DNA of 63,177 bases, the filler included, from Neolecta irregularis DAH-3 (lineage: Eukaryota), in assembly GCA_001929475.1 (NCBI GenBank). It is 15 parts of 15 records of this genome, joined end to end, with 100 filler letters (N's around TTAATTAATTAA, not from the genome) between each part and the next. Parts side by side here need not be neighbours in the genome. Positions count along the whole stretch, not along the records: positions 1 to 1,620 come from LXFE01001443.1; positions 1,721 to 8,623 come from LXFE01001445.1; positions 8,724 to 13,019 come from LXFE01001447.1; 12 more parts are not named here. One strand, written 5' to 3'. Below the pieces are notes generated by a model. That model was given only the letters and a program-made list of their open reading frames with translations, was not told the origin of the DNA and did no database searches. Positions 1 to 9,573 of this stretch are shown piece after piece. Made by a program: the position numbers and the translations under genes. Position 1 is the first letter of the stretch. Each line of letters starts with the position of its first letter.

Positions 1-129
1 GAGTTAATATTGCCTTATAATAGCACAATATGTAAAACCAAAAGTTAACAATACAGATAAGGTTAAAAGAGTAAATAACTTGCAGATAGAGTTAATTAGT
101 TGTTGATTAAAAGTATTGAAGTGTTGAAA

Positions 130-935
130 CAAAGAATCCATACCACACCGCCTGCTTCAGTATACACACAGATCTGGTCAGAGTGGATAGGCTTTGAATT
201 CCAGACATATTTCCTATTTGACAGTGGATGATTTCAAAAGCTTACTTGTACCTCTTCATTGCAATCACTGAGTGCATTGGCATTGTCTTCGAATTAGATA
301 TGGCAGATTAATTTGAATTCACTGTAAGCTTTATAGATCTCATAAAATCAGGATATAATATCTGTAATTGACTCTTCTACTGCAAGGTATTGGTATATCC
401 CAAGGTCTTTCTCACTCCTAAGTGGTTGACTGCAGGGTCCTTGGCCAAGCTCTTGGATATACCCCAAGGAGTTGAAACACTTTAAGTTTGCTGGGAAGTA
501 TGCAGAAACTTGTTCAAACTTCTCCTGCTGAAGTGTTGGAAATTCTGCCCAATGCTTTAACAGTGATGGGCATGGTCTATTTTTTATATCTGTTATCGAG
601 CCTTTTGTACTCAGATACCTGTCCTGAATTTTGAGTGTGCTTGAAAGTAGGGTGTGAAAGGATCTCATGAATTCTCCAAAGCACAAAGGTCTTGACTGTC
701 TTTGCGCATGTTTTCTCTTTCTTCACTCAGTTTTTTGCTCCTATGTTCACTGCTCTTCTGCAGCTTTTTGCTCCTGTGTTCTCTGCTCTTCTGCAGTTTT
801 TCACACCTGTGCTAGCTGCTCTTGTGCAGCTTTTCACTCCTGTGCTGGCTACTCTTCTGCAGCTTTTCACAGCTCTTCTTCAGCTTTGAGATGCTGCTCT
901 AGAAGCACAAATTCTGTTTCATGCCCTGATGACAT
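130..935 (-). pseudogene. Degenerate gene: N-terminal 11-aa coiled-coil repeats followed by a fungal Crinkler-like/REase-kinase-associated domain
   Basis: ATG at 935 is in frame with ORF 348..686. It reads MSSGHETEFVLLEQHLKAEEEL*KAAEE*PAQE*KAAQEQ...RQSRPLCFGEFMRSFH...STKGSIT...SEKDL...AVEE...DQICVY, with many in-frame TGA/TAG stops. Family assignment is from recalled motifs. Confidence 0.55.
725..888. repeat. ~33-bp degenerate tandem repeat (about 4-5 units) encoding KAAEEQxxQE(R) on the minus strand
   Basis: Recurring gctcttctgcagctttt-like core at ~33-nt spacing. Confidence 0.8.
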
Positions 936-1235
936 TTTAGTAATGTTGTTGAATATTTGATTTGCTGATGGGAATGATGAGAGTGTTGCAGCAGGCAAGG
1001 GGGTGGTGCTGTGATGCCAGAGATATGACAGCAACAGTATTAGCAACCCAAAGGTGTCCAGGAGCAGTACAGGAGGCTAGGCTGCTTGCTGGAATCTGAA
1101 GGAGGGAGAGGAGGAGATTGGGGATGCCAACAGGGATGGGGAGGGGCAATTCCTGATACAGGAGGCCTATAGGATAGGGGCACCTATGGCTATATAAGCC
1201 ACTGTAAGGAGGCCTGGTTAGCTATCATCCTTACA

Positions 1236-1525
1236 ATATGCTTGCAGTAATTCCAGCATGCAGTTATCAGGCACACATATTCTACCACTCCATAACATTA
1301 ATCTGTCAACAATTTCAAACTCCGATACTGGTGAGTTCTTCATTAATCTCATTTAAGTCTCCTTCCACAACCTTTGTGGCAATGATTCCTTAACTTTTTC
1401 AATTCACGATTCTTTGTCCTTGAGCTCTACTGCTAGACATTCAAATTCAGCCTTCCGAGACAGGGCATCTGCGACCAAATTTACAGCTCCTGGCAGATAA
1501 TCTACCTCAAAGTCAGCAAACTCAG
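1236..1525 (-). mobile_element. Ty3/gypsy pol relic (RNase H end to integrase linker) with stop codons
   Basis: Minus strand reads EFADFEVDYLPGAVNLVADALSRKAEFECLAVEL..., which matches EFSDFEVEYIPGAANLVADALSRKSEFKCLAITL in ORF 13510..14103. Bounded by ...CCTTACA (ending 1235) and TGTAAG... (starting 1526), which may be LTR ends. Confidence 0.85.
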
Positions 1526-1620
1526 TGTAAGCATATATGCTTACTACCTTTGTCTCTATTGTACTATGTTCTATTACTGTTGTATCTGCTATGGTGGTTC
1601 ATGTCCTTATGGTAATTAAG

Positions 1621-1720
1621 NNNNNNNNNNNNNNNNNNNNNNNNNNNNNNNNNNNNNNNNNNNNTTAATTAATTAANNNNNNNNNNNNNNNNNNNNNNNN
1701 NNNNNNNNNNNNNNNNNNNN
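1621..1720. other. Artificial assembly spacer N-TTAATTAATTAA-N (first of 14 in the window)
   Basis: The same all-frame-stop 12-mer sits inside ~100-nt N runs starting near 1621, 8624, 13021, 14127, 16726, 19278, 22727, 32984, 34636, 40553, 41799, 55929, 57588 and 62012. Confidence 0.97.
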
Positions 1721-2108
1721 CGCCGCCGCAGCAGCAGCCGCAGCAGCAGCAGCAGCAGCCCCGCCCAGAGTCAAGCGCCTCCGCCAGTGCGTGCCCTAAG
1801 CCCGCGCCGCCTGCTCACGCCAGGTCCGCATCGCCCCCAGACAACCTCGACGAAGAAATGGTCTACTGCTACTGCAACCAGGTCAGCTTCGGCGAAATGG
1901 TCGCCTGCGACGACCCCAGCTGCTCCCGCGAATGGTGCGCCTGCCCCTCCGCGCTGCGCTGCGCTGACTGCTGCCCAGGTTCCACCTGTCCTGCCTGCAG
2001 CTCGACTCGCTGCCCCAGGGAAAGTGGTACTGCAAGGACTGCAAGGCAAACAACACCGGCAAGAAGCGCCGCAACGGCGTCGGCACAATGGCCCGGAGAG
2101 GCGGTTAA
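1721..2108 (+). CDS. ING-family PHD-finger chromatin reader (Yng2/Pho23/Png-like), 3' part
   Basis: [25 protein letters not shown], then intron 1935-1978 (GT..gctgac..AG), then [21 protein letters not shown]. This is the canonical ING PHD. Poly-Q upstream; 5' end lost in the gap. Confidence 0.9.
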
Positions 2109-2149
2109 CGCTATATATACAGAAAATGCACAAACGAGCCCTCTACATA

Positions 2150-3653
2150 CTACACCTTCTCTTCAATCGACGTAGGGTCAATTTCAATCTTGTCCGAATC
2201 CCCCCAGGTTTTGGCGCTGGATTTTTCGCTTTTCTTCTCTGACATCCGGCTTGGACGATCAAAGCTAATTTGAAAATCATCATCATCCCAATGGGGTTTC
2301 TTCTTTGAACGGCTTTGCGTGGCATTGAAAGTATCTGCACCGTGGATGAGATGTGCTGCGTCTCGGTTTTGTGATGTCGTTACGGTCGGCTGGTCGTATT
2401 CGGAGGACAGATTAGACATCCAGTGTAGCGCGATCGCGGTGACCGTGACATCTGCAGAACAACAAGCAAGACAAATCCCAGACGGTTCAGGAGAATAGGT
2501 AGCTAGGACCACCAAGTTGCTTGACCCTTCAGAGATACTCATTGAAGACACATACCTTATCGTCCCAATATTGGCGACAATATTGCCAATGATAGTCCGT
2601 CGAGCAACCGTTCTCAGCCGCGGATTACTCCCTTGTCTTCCATTTATCCTCCAAATATTGATAAATGGCATGAAAAACTGGGCAGTAAGATAAAAGTTTA
2701 CCTAAAATTAGTTAATTCCCGCCCATCAAACATACCAACACATCGTAAGTGATCAAGCTACTTTCAAAGCCAATATGAAACCCAAGCTTGCACACACCAG
2801 TATCTTTATTAAATGCAGTCCACCGTCCTAATATCAGCATATATTGCAAGATTGAGGATACTGAGCGTAAGAAAGACTAGAATCCCCACATAGCCACTCG
2901 TCACACACAAATTTGACTTGAACATCCAGTCTTTCCATCGAGATTGAACACCGCCCCGGACAATATGCGCTTTCTCTACTAGAAAAAGGGCCAAAAGAAA
3001 CTTGGAAGCCGCGTAGAGAGTAATACAGCTCGCCATGGCTGCTTCACATGTCATAAAGTTGTAATATCCCAGACCGCCTTGACTATTTGGGTCAGCTTGA
3101 GTGATATACAAGGCAGATATACATGATTATTGCAGAAATGAGAAATAACGAGGAAACAAAGTATATCGCGAGGATTAGCCATGACGCTAGTGCCTGAGTC
3201 GGTATTAACGACGGGTTTATTAAGAATCGTTTGACTGGAAAGTTAGGCTTGGCAGTTGTTTCAGATACCTAGGCAATAGATTATGATTGTTAATGCAAGA
3301 GGTGCAAATATTGCAGTGACCAGTGAATAGTTTCCCGTGATATGTTCATGCAGAGATATCACTGGCATGTCGTTGTGAATTGCTATCCGCACGGGATTTT
3401 GTGAGATTTATTCAGTGTTAATAGTGGCAATGGAACTAGCTCATTTTCCCCATATGGCGATCATGGAGATTTTCGCCGGATGCGATAGGTGGCTTTCCCA
3501 TCCCACCAATCCGGGAATATCAGTTTTTACCGTAGATCCTGTTCCGCTTGTGAATTTCCGACCGGAAGGAATACGGAAAAGGCTTGGTACGAGATAAGAG
3601 AAGGGGTCGTCATGTTCGTAGAGGTCCGTCGTCCGCAGTCCCGGAAGCGCCAA
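2150..3653 (-). CDS. Multi-exon multi-pass membrane protein of a fungal 7TM/GPCR-like family
   Basis: Hydrophobic helices and motifs [21 protein letters not shown] and [14 protein letters not shown] across ORFs 2809..3111 and 2150..2671. The 5' boundary is uncertain. Confidence 0.6.
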
Positions 3654-4089
3654 CCACTTTGGTGAAATCTAGCAGCATGTGGTACAAAAATGATATGTAA
3701 TTTTATGCAAGATATTTAATCTCTTTCGTTTTGCATTTTATTCATGTCTTGTCAGAATCCTCAAAGATGATCAATCACAATCTGTTATTAATCGAGGCTG
3801 AGATCGCTTGTTTCTATGTGGTTTTTATGCATTGAAAATGACTCGAGTAAATTGCAATACGTTACAGGCATTGTCGTCCAAGAACCAAGGCAATCTTAAA
3901 CCAATTTCCAGCACATGGGATGGGAAACGCCACAAGAGTCGCAAAGTTTTTGTGGAAACTCCAAAGCTCATCATTTGAGTGTCGGTCATTTCCTTAATAT
4001 ACCCTTTGACTGATAATGTCATTCTGAGACCCTGTTTCCCGCAGAAATATTATAAAAGCACCTATAGTGCACCCATTTTCGTAGCAATA

Positions 4090-5094
4090 ATGCTTGCTTT
4101 ACTTTTTGCCTCGGCGGTCGCAGCTGCCCAGTTCACAGAAATATTCAATGGAATGTTGAGCAGCATGAGCTTGGAACCAAGTTTCATAACAACAGATCGA
4201 TCTAGAGATTTGCCTTCCTGCGAGCAGAGTTGCATCGACGCTTTGTTCACTTGCCAATCGTACGCCTTTGTTGGAACCGACGACAACATGTTTGGCTGCT
4301 TTCTATACAAGAAGCCTCTACGAGCTGAAGAGATCCTCGTGGGATCCCAGGATATTCAAGCAGTTGTCAAAGTGTATGACTGATATTACTTTATTTTATT
4401 TCGTTTCTAATTGTCTAGCCTGGACCCATTATCATTGATGCTTCCCCGTCTCTCGACACTTATCTCAGATCAGGATATTGTTGGTTGGAGTCAATCTGTA
4501 TCCAAGCAATACCACATTTCCCTCTCTTCTTTCCCTTTTCTTAGAAGCTTGATCTTCACCATTCCTAATGAAGAATTCTACTCTGATATCGACCGATCAA
4601 AGCTTGTTAGTGATATTAAATCACTCCTCGCGATGGACAACCAATCAACATACGAGACCCTCGTAAAAGCTTATCTCACTTTAGCCCGAGAAGCTCTCCA
4701 CGGAGAGATGCGCGTAGTCTCACCAGTATACTTGGACGGATTATGGACGATCTATTCTGTTGGACGCTCCGATGGCTATGATATAGAGGCCGTCATCTCA
4801 ATTGGTGGCGACGAGCTTTCTGAGGAAGGCAAAGAAAAGATCATTTCTCACTTCGGAGATGGTCCGTTGCGGTTCCATCTTGCTGGGTTTCGAGATGAAG
4901 AAATCAACCGCAGCAGTGTCGCTCTTGACGATGCCTTGACTGTTGTCAATTTAATCAACAATATTTTCATTTACAAGGATGATATTCAAAATTACGATCT
5001 CTTCAGTCATCGAAATCTCGTTCAAGATGTGGTGCTTGCTGCTTTATCCATGCACTGGAATATCAAGAATGAGGAAGTTGTGTATAAATTATAG
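4090..5094 (+). CDS. Secreted protein: signal peptide, PAN/Apple-like Cys domain, unknown C-terminal domain (family member A)
   Basis: Signal MLALLFASAVAAA; motif C-x3-C-x6-C-x2-Y-x11-C-x-LY. Phase-2 intron 4374-4418 (gtatga..ctaat..tag) joins in frame to ORF 4411..5094. Confidence 0.75.
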
Positions 5095-5131
5095 AAAATA
5101 AAAGATTGAATCATTCAAGGTATAAAATAGA

Positions 5132-7087
5132 CTAATCTGCTGCCATTGCATTTAATTGGTCTTCCTTCATCGGCCACTTGAATTGGACATATTTACCCAA
5201 CCGCTCAATTTTTTCAGCACAATCAATAATACTTTCTCGTGTCCTAGGCGGAATTTCCACTACAACTACCTCAACAATTGCTTTCATCATGGTCGATATT
5301 TCACCTATTGACGTTTGATCGGCGATGACTCCAGAATCAGAGGTAGTTCCCCCTCTTCGAGGTTTGTTTATCGCTGGACAGTAGACTGTCGCAGATGTTC
5401 GAACCCATTGAGCGCATTTGATGATTTCTATCCCATCAACGATTCGTTGCCACTTGCCGTCTTCGGATAATGCAAGGAGATATGACCCCCAATTCCGATT
5501 GGTGTTTCGAGGGCGTTGTGACAGTACGTAATAGCGTGTGCCATGGTAGTCTTCGCCTAGAAACCCAGTTTTAGTTGACAATTCTCGGCTTCGCTCAAAA
5601 AGTTTAAATTCGAGGGGCTGAAGGAGGGCTGTATGCTGTTTCATGAATATTTCGAGTTCTGACTGCCATTGTGAGGTCTTCATCTGTACACGTTTTGCAA
5701 ATAGTTCGCTTCGACGGTTGCTGTATTCTATAGTGTTAACGAAACGAGTAAATATTGTGTGTACCCTCTTTGATTGTCTTAGTCTTGTCAGTATGAGATT
5801 TTATTAATGTATGAAGGGTATCAATATCATGTTCCATCTGCTTCCGAATAGATTCGCCATCCAGAACCAGGTCAATCAAACAGATAACCATCCATAATCT
5901 CTCTTCCTCGTTGAGTTGTCCGGGAGCTTTATCCAACCTGATAGCCGATTCCAATAATCTTCGAAGAAGTGTCCAAATGAATTCTTTGTCAGCAGATTGC
6001 TTCTCAATTTCTTTATGGGTCTTGAGAAGCATTTCATCATCGAAGGTGGGATTTCCGTCGTTGTAGATGATTCGAAGGAGACGAACGATGAGGTTTTTTA
6101 ATGCAAGATTTGACCATTCGGCTTGCAGATCATTGAAAGTTTGTAAATGCTTCGGTTGTATTTTAAGCAAAGATGCAACTGGCAATTCAGCATAAATAGA
6201 TGTAGATTTCGCACATCGAATTACAAACTCCCTAATTTCGAGACGATGCCACCAAATCTTATCATCAGGGATATCGATAGGTTCGAAGATAGGGGGCTCT
6301 GATATTACTTGCTGTCTTTTTATCGTTATTGGTTGTTTCACTTCTTTTGGAGCAGCATGTATGCTCTTGAGTGGTTTCAGTTTTTCCTGTAAGTTTCAGC
6401 AATACAATCTTGAAGCAAGGATTCAAACTAGTGCTTTAGGGTTTGATTGTTTTAGGTCCAAAACAGATGATACGCCATTCTGTTTTGTAAAATGAGCCAG
6501 AATACCGGTTGGTGCTAATTCCTTTTGATTAGGTTCTTCAAAAGAATGAGGAAACAAGCCTTCTTCTTTCGACATATGGAGCAATTGCATAGTCCATCAC
6601 ACACTGGACAACTTAACCAATATGAAGTATCATCTGCATGTCCGTCTGGCCGATTAATCAGTGCTCGCGCGAGAATTTCAGAAATGTCAATCGCATATCT
6701 AGAATCAATTGAGTGCTCTCGGAACAGAACACTAACCTGTTCTTGCCGCACTTTCTGCAAAAGCTGGTATTGCACCGAGCGCCATTATTTGTGAGTCGAG
6801 TACACTGGATACTTTCCTCCGTGGTCTTTTGACGGCATTGATGACAACATGTCCCATTGATCGAGTCGTACACCTATGAACACGTTATTTCACCTCGGTC
6901 TGATTGGGCAATAAACTTTTCCCCTAACAATGCGAGTCCCTGGATTCTGTTTGCGTCTCTTTGACGGCACAAGAGTAGTTTCGGTCGGAGATTCAGCCTG
7001 ACGTTTTGTTTTTTCAATCGACTTTACGATCTGAACTAGTGGTATATTATCCCTGGGCAGAGCCTCGGTCAAGGGGGTGGGCGGCAT
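5132..7087 (-). CDS. zf-4CXXC_R1 (CDCA7/JPO-like) zinc-finger protein with DDT/WHIM-like C-terminal region
   Basis: YDSINGTCCHQCRQKT...CNTSFCRKCGKNR...CPVCDGLCNCSICRKKK. Downstream LEIREFVIR (DDT-like), LNEEERLWMVICLIDLVL (WHIM1-like) and LGEDYHGTRYY (WHIM2/WSD-like). Several short introns. Confidence 0.8.
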
Positions 7088-7556
7088 GGCCAGATTAAGA
7101 ATGTTTGGGTAACTTCGAAGATGTTTGGCCAAGATACTTCAATTCATATCACGGGATATCGCGATGAAATGCACTTGCTCAGAGTTGACACGATCAATAA
7201 CGAGAAGGTAGGACAACATGGAGAAAGTATCGATTCAGGAGTAAGTAGAAATGGAAGCGAAAGCCGCGTTCTTCACAACTAGCGCTAGAGTGACTGTTTG
7301 TTTGAAAGAAACAAGATCTCGGATTATATGCACGTTTACAGGTTATTACACAGTTCAAAGTTCAAGGAAAATGGCAAATAAAGCAAAAGTATCTTATACA
7401 TTTTCTAGAAACATTAGAACGCCATATATATGCACCCATTTATCACAACACCATAAAAACAATATTTCCATTTGTGAGCAAGATGCAAACTGAGTGGATA
7501 TGCCGCATATCCACTCTACAGTAGCGAGTTAGGAGGGGTAAGAGGACGAAAAGGGA

Positions 7557-8135
7557 TTAGTATCCGCGGGATAGTGCGGCTCGGATGAGACACCTTGGGC
7601 ATAAGCTTGTAGTCCCGAACGATTTGTATACCATAGGATGTCCAAATACTAGCGGTCCCATTTCTGTGGGACTCGATGGAGGAGTGGGCAGTTCTTCAAT
7701 TGTCGGCGACATGCTCGGATCATAGTTTAGAAGACAATAGAGGTACTCCAAAGGAGGCAAATCGAGAGGCATCGGCTTACTCGACGCCCGAGTGTGCTGA
7801 AGTGAAAACTGCTCCTGACAGATCAAGGCAGGCGTTGGTGCCAGGTCAGAGACGTAGCCATGATTCTTAGACAGCACTGGGCTAGGAGGTTTCAGATGTT
7901 GATTGTCGGCGAGGGACCCAGTCGGCCCAGCAAGAATCAAATGACATTTGACGACCCTAGCAGGGTAGAGTGCAGTGCCCACCTGTGCAAGTGAAGTGCT
8001 GGGGATGGCCTGGCGTGGCGATTGCAGGTAAACAGGCGCAGGTGCGTAGATGGGAGCGGGACGAGCTGCACGCATGGAACTGCCCAAGGTGGAGGAACTG
8101 GGAGGAAGCTGCCAGGGTTGCTGCTGTTGCGACAT
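7557..8135 (-). CDS. Hypothetical Pro/Ser-rich protein
   Basis: 192-aa ATG ORF of low complexity; no recognised domain. Confidence 0.3.
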   Translation of the reverse strand: MSQQQQPWQLPPSSSTLGSSMRAARPAPIYAPAPVYLQSPRQAIPSTSLAQVGTALYPARVVKCHLILAGPTGSLADNQHLKPPSPVLSKNHGYVSDLAPTPALICQEQFSLQHTRASSKPMPLDLPPLEYLYCLLNYDPSMSPTIEELPTPPSSPTEMGPLVFGHPMVYKSFGTTSLCPRCLIRAALSRGY

Positions 8136-8723
8136 GCGATTGCGCCCACATTGCTCTCTGATGGCTTCCTTTCCGGTGTTAACTAACAGACGCTATCCCC
8201 AGCATTTGACTAGCAAGTGAAGATCATTCTATGAATGGCTATAACCGGATGGCGTCTTCGATGTCTATCAAATAATTTGAGCAGCATGTTCCGGTACTGG
8301 GGGCAGCTCTCTCGCATAGCAGCTGCGTGGCACAGCAGACTGTGCAGCCCGGATCTGGATGGACACTGGTGACAGGAGGCACGATGCAGCCCGGCAACAA
8401 AGGACTGGTTGAGATAAAGTCACGACAGTTGGCCCTTCTAACGGGGTTTGTGCTAGCAGAGGGTATACTGCTCTTTGCCATGGCATCATAATATAGCCCG
8501 ATATGAGAGCACCGGGTGGATATAGATGCGGGTCTGGTGAGCATGCGACACTGGTATACAACGAATGGGCAGCCCTGTCCTGCTCTAGCAAACAAGCGCC
8601 GCCCGTCCCCGCCCATCCCCGCCNNNNNNNNNNNNNNNNNNNNNNNNNNNNNNNNNNNNNNNNNNNNTTAATTAATTAANNNNNNNNNNNNNNNNNNNNN
8701 NNNNNNNNNNNNNNNNNNNNNNN

Positions 8724-9533
8724 CCCCCCCCTCCCCTTCTAACCAAAGGAACTGTTGATGGACACCGTCCAAGTCCTCCACTTTATCTTTATGCTCGGCA
8801 CTTTTGATCTCGGCCTCGCCTATTCAACTGCAGGCCTCTCCCCTACCCAGTCACAAATGACCACCGAATTGGGCCAGTATGGTTTGATCTACCGCCCCTC
8901 GGCCTCCTCAGAATACTTTTACCCTACAAAATTGGCCATATCCCTCACCGCAAACCCCCTCGACCCCGAAGAACCCACCCAGTCCAAGTCTGAGCAGGGC
9001 TTCATTATCCTGGAAACAAATTACAAGCTCTACGCTTACACAGGTATCACACACGTGTCAATAGCTGACCCCCAGATTCGCCCCTGCAGATCTCAATCCT
9101 GAATTTGTTCTGCGTGTTAAAAGCCCGCTTTTCAAACATGATCATGGGATTAATCTCCAGAGAAAGTGTTCGACATGCATTGTCCAACGGAATCACAGCA
9201 GAGCAAATAATAATGTATCTCACAGCGCACGCCCACCCCCAAATGCGCAAAAACGTATATTCCCCGCGAATACCGTCTTGACTCAAGATCCCGCTTCTGC
9301 CGCCTACCCTAGTCGATCAGATCAGACTGTGGGAATTGGAACGAAATAGAATAAAAACAGATCACGGCTATTTATTCAGAGACTTTAAATCTACACTGGA
9401 ATTTAACGAGGTTGTGCAGTATGCTGAGCAATTGGGCGTCGTGCTTTGGAAAGATCAGGACAAGAGACTGTTTTTTGCAACAGTCGCTTCCTCGGGATTA
9501 ATTATTGAATTTGTAAAACGTCGGAATGAGTAA
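8724..9533 (+). CDS. TFB2: TFIIH subunit Tfb2/p52, 3' part
   Basis: [15 protein letters not shown], then [29 protein letters not shown], then [18 protein letters not shown]. Two short introns; 5' end in the gap. Confidence 0.95.
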
Positions 9534-9573
9534 TAGCTTATCCTTGAGTACTAGCTTATCCTCGGGATTCGTC

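Noticed and set aside
725..888. 33-bp periodic repeat as a possible CRISPR-like array
   Set aside because: No unique spacers, codon-phased degenerate units, eukaryotic context.
667..960. Cys-rich and Leu/Phe-repeat plus-strand ORFs (667..960, 692..889)
   Set aside because: Antisense shadows of the 33-bp coiled-coil repeat in the minus-strand pseudogene.
1203..1235. TGTAAGGA...TCCTTACA 33-bp mini inverted repeat
   Set aside because: Too short for an LTR; probably the hairpin-bearing stub of an LTR at a nested-insertion junction.
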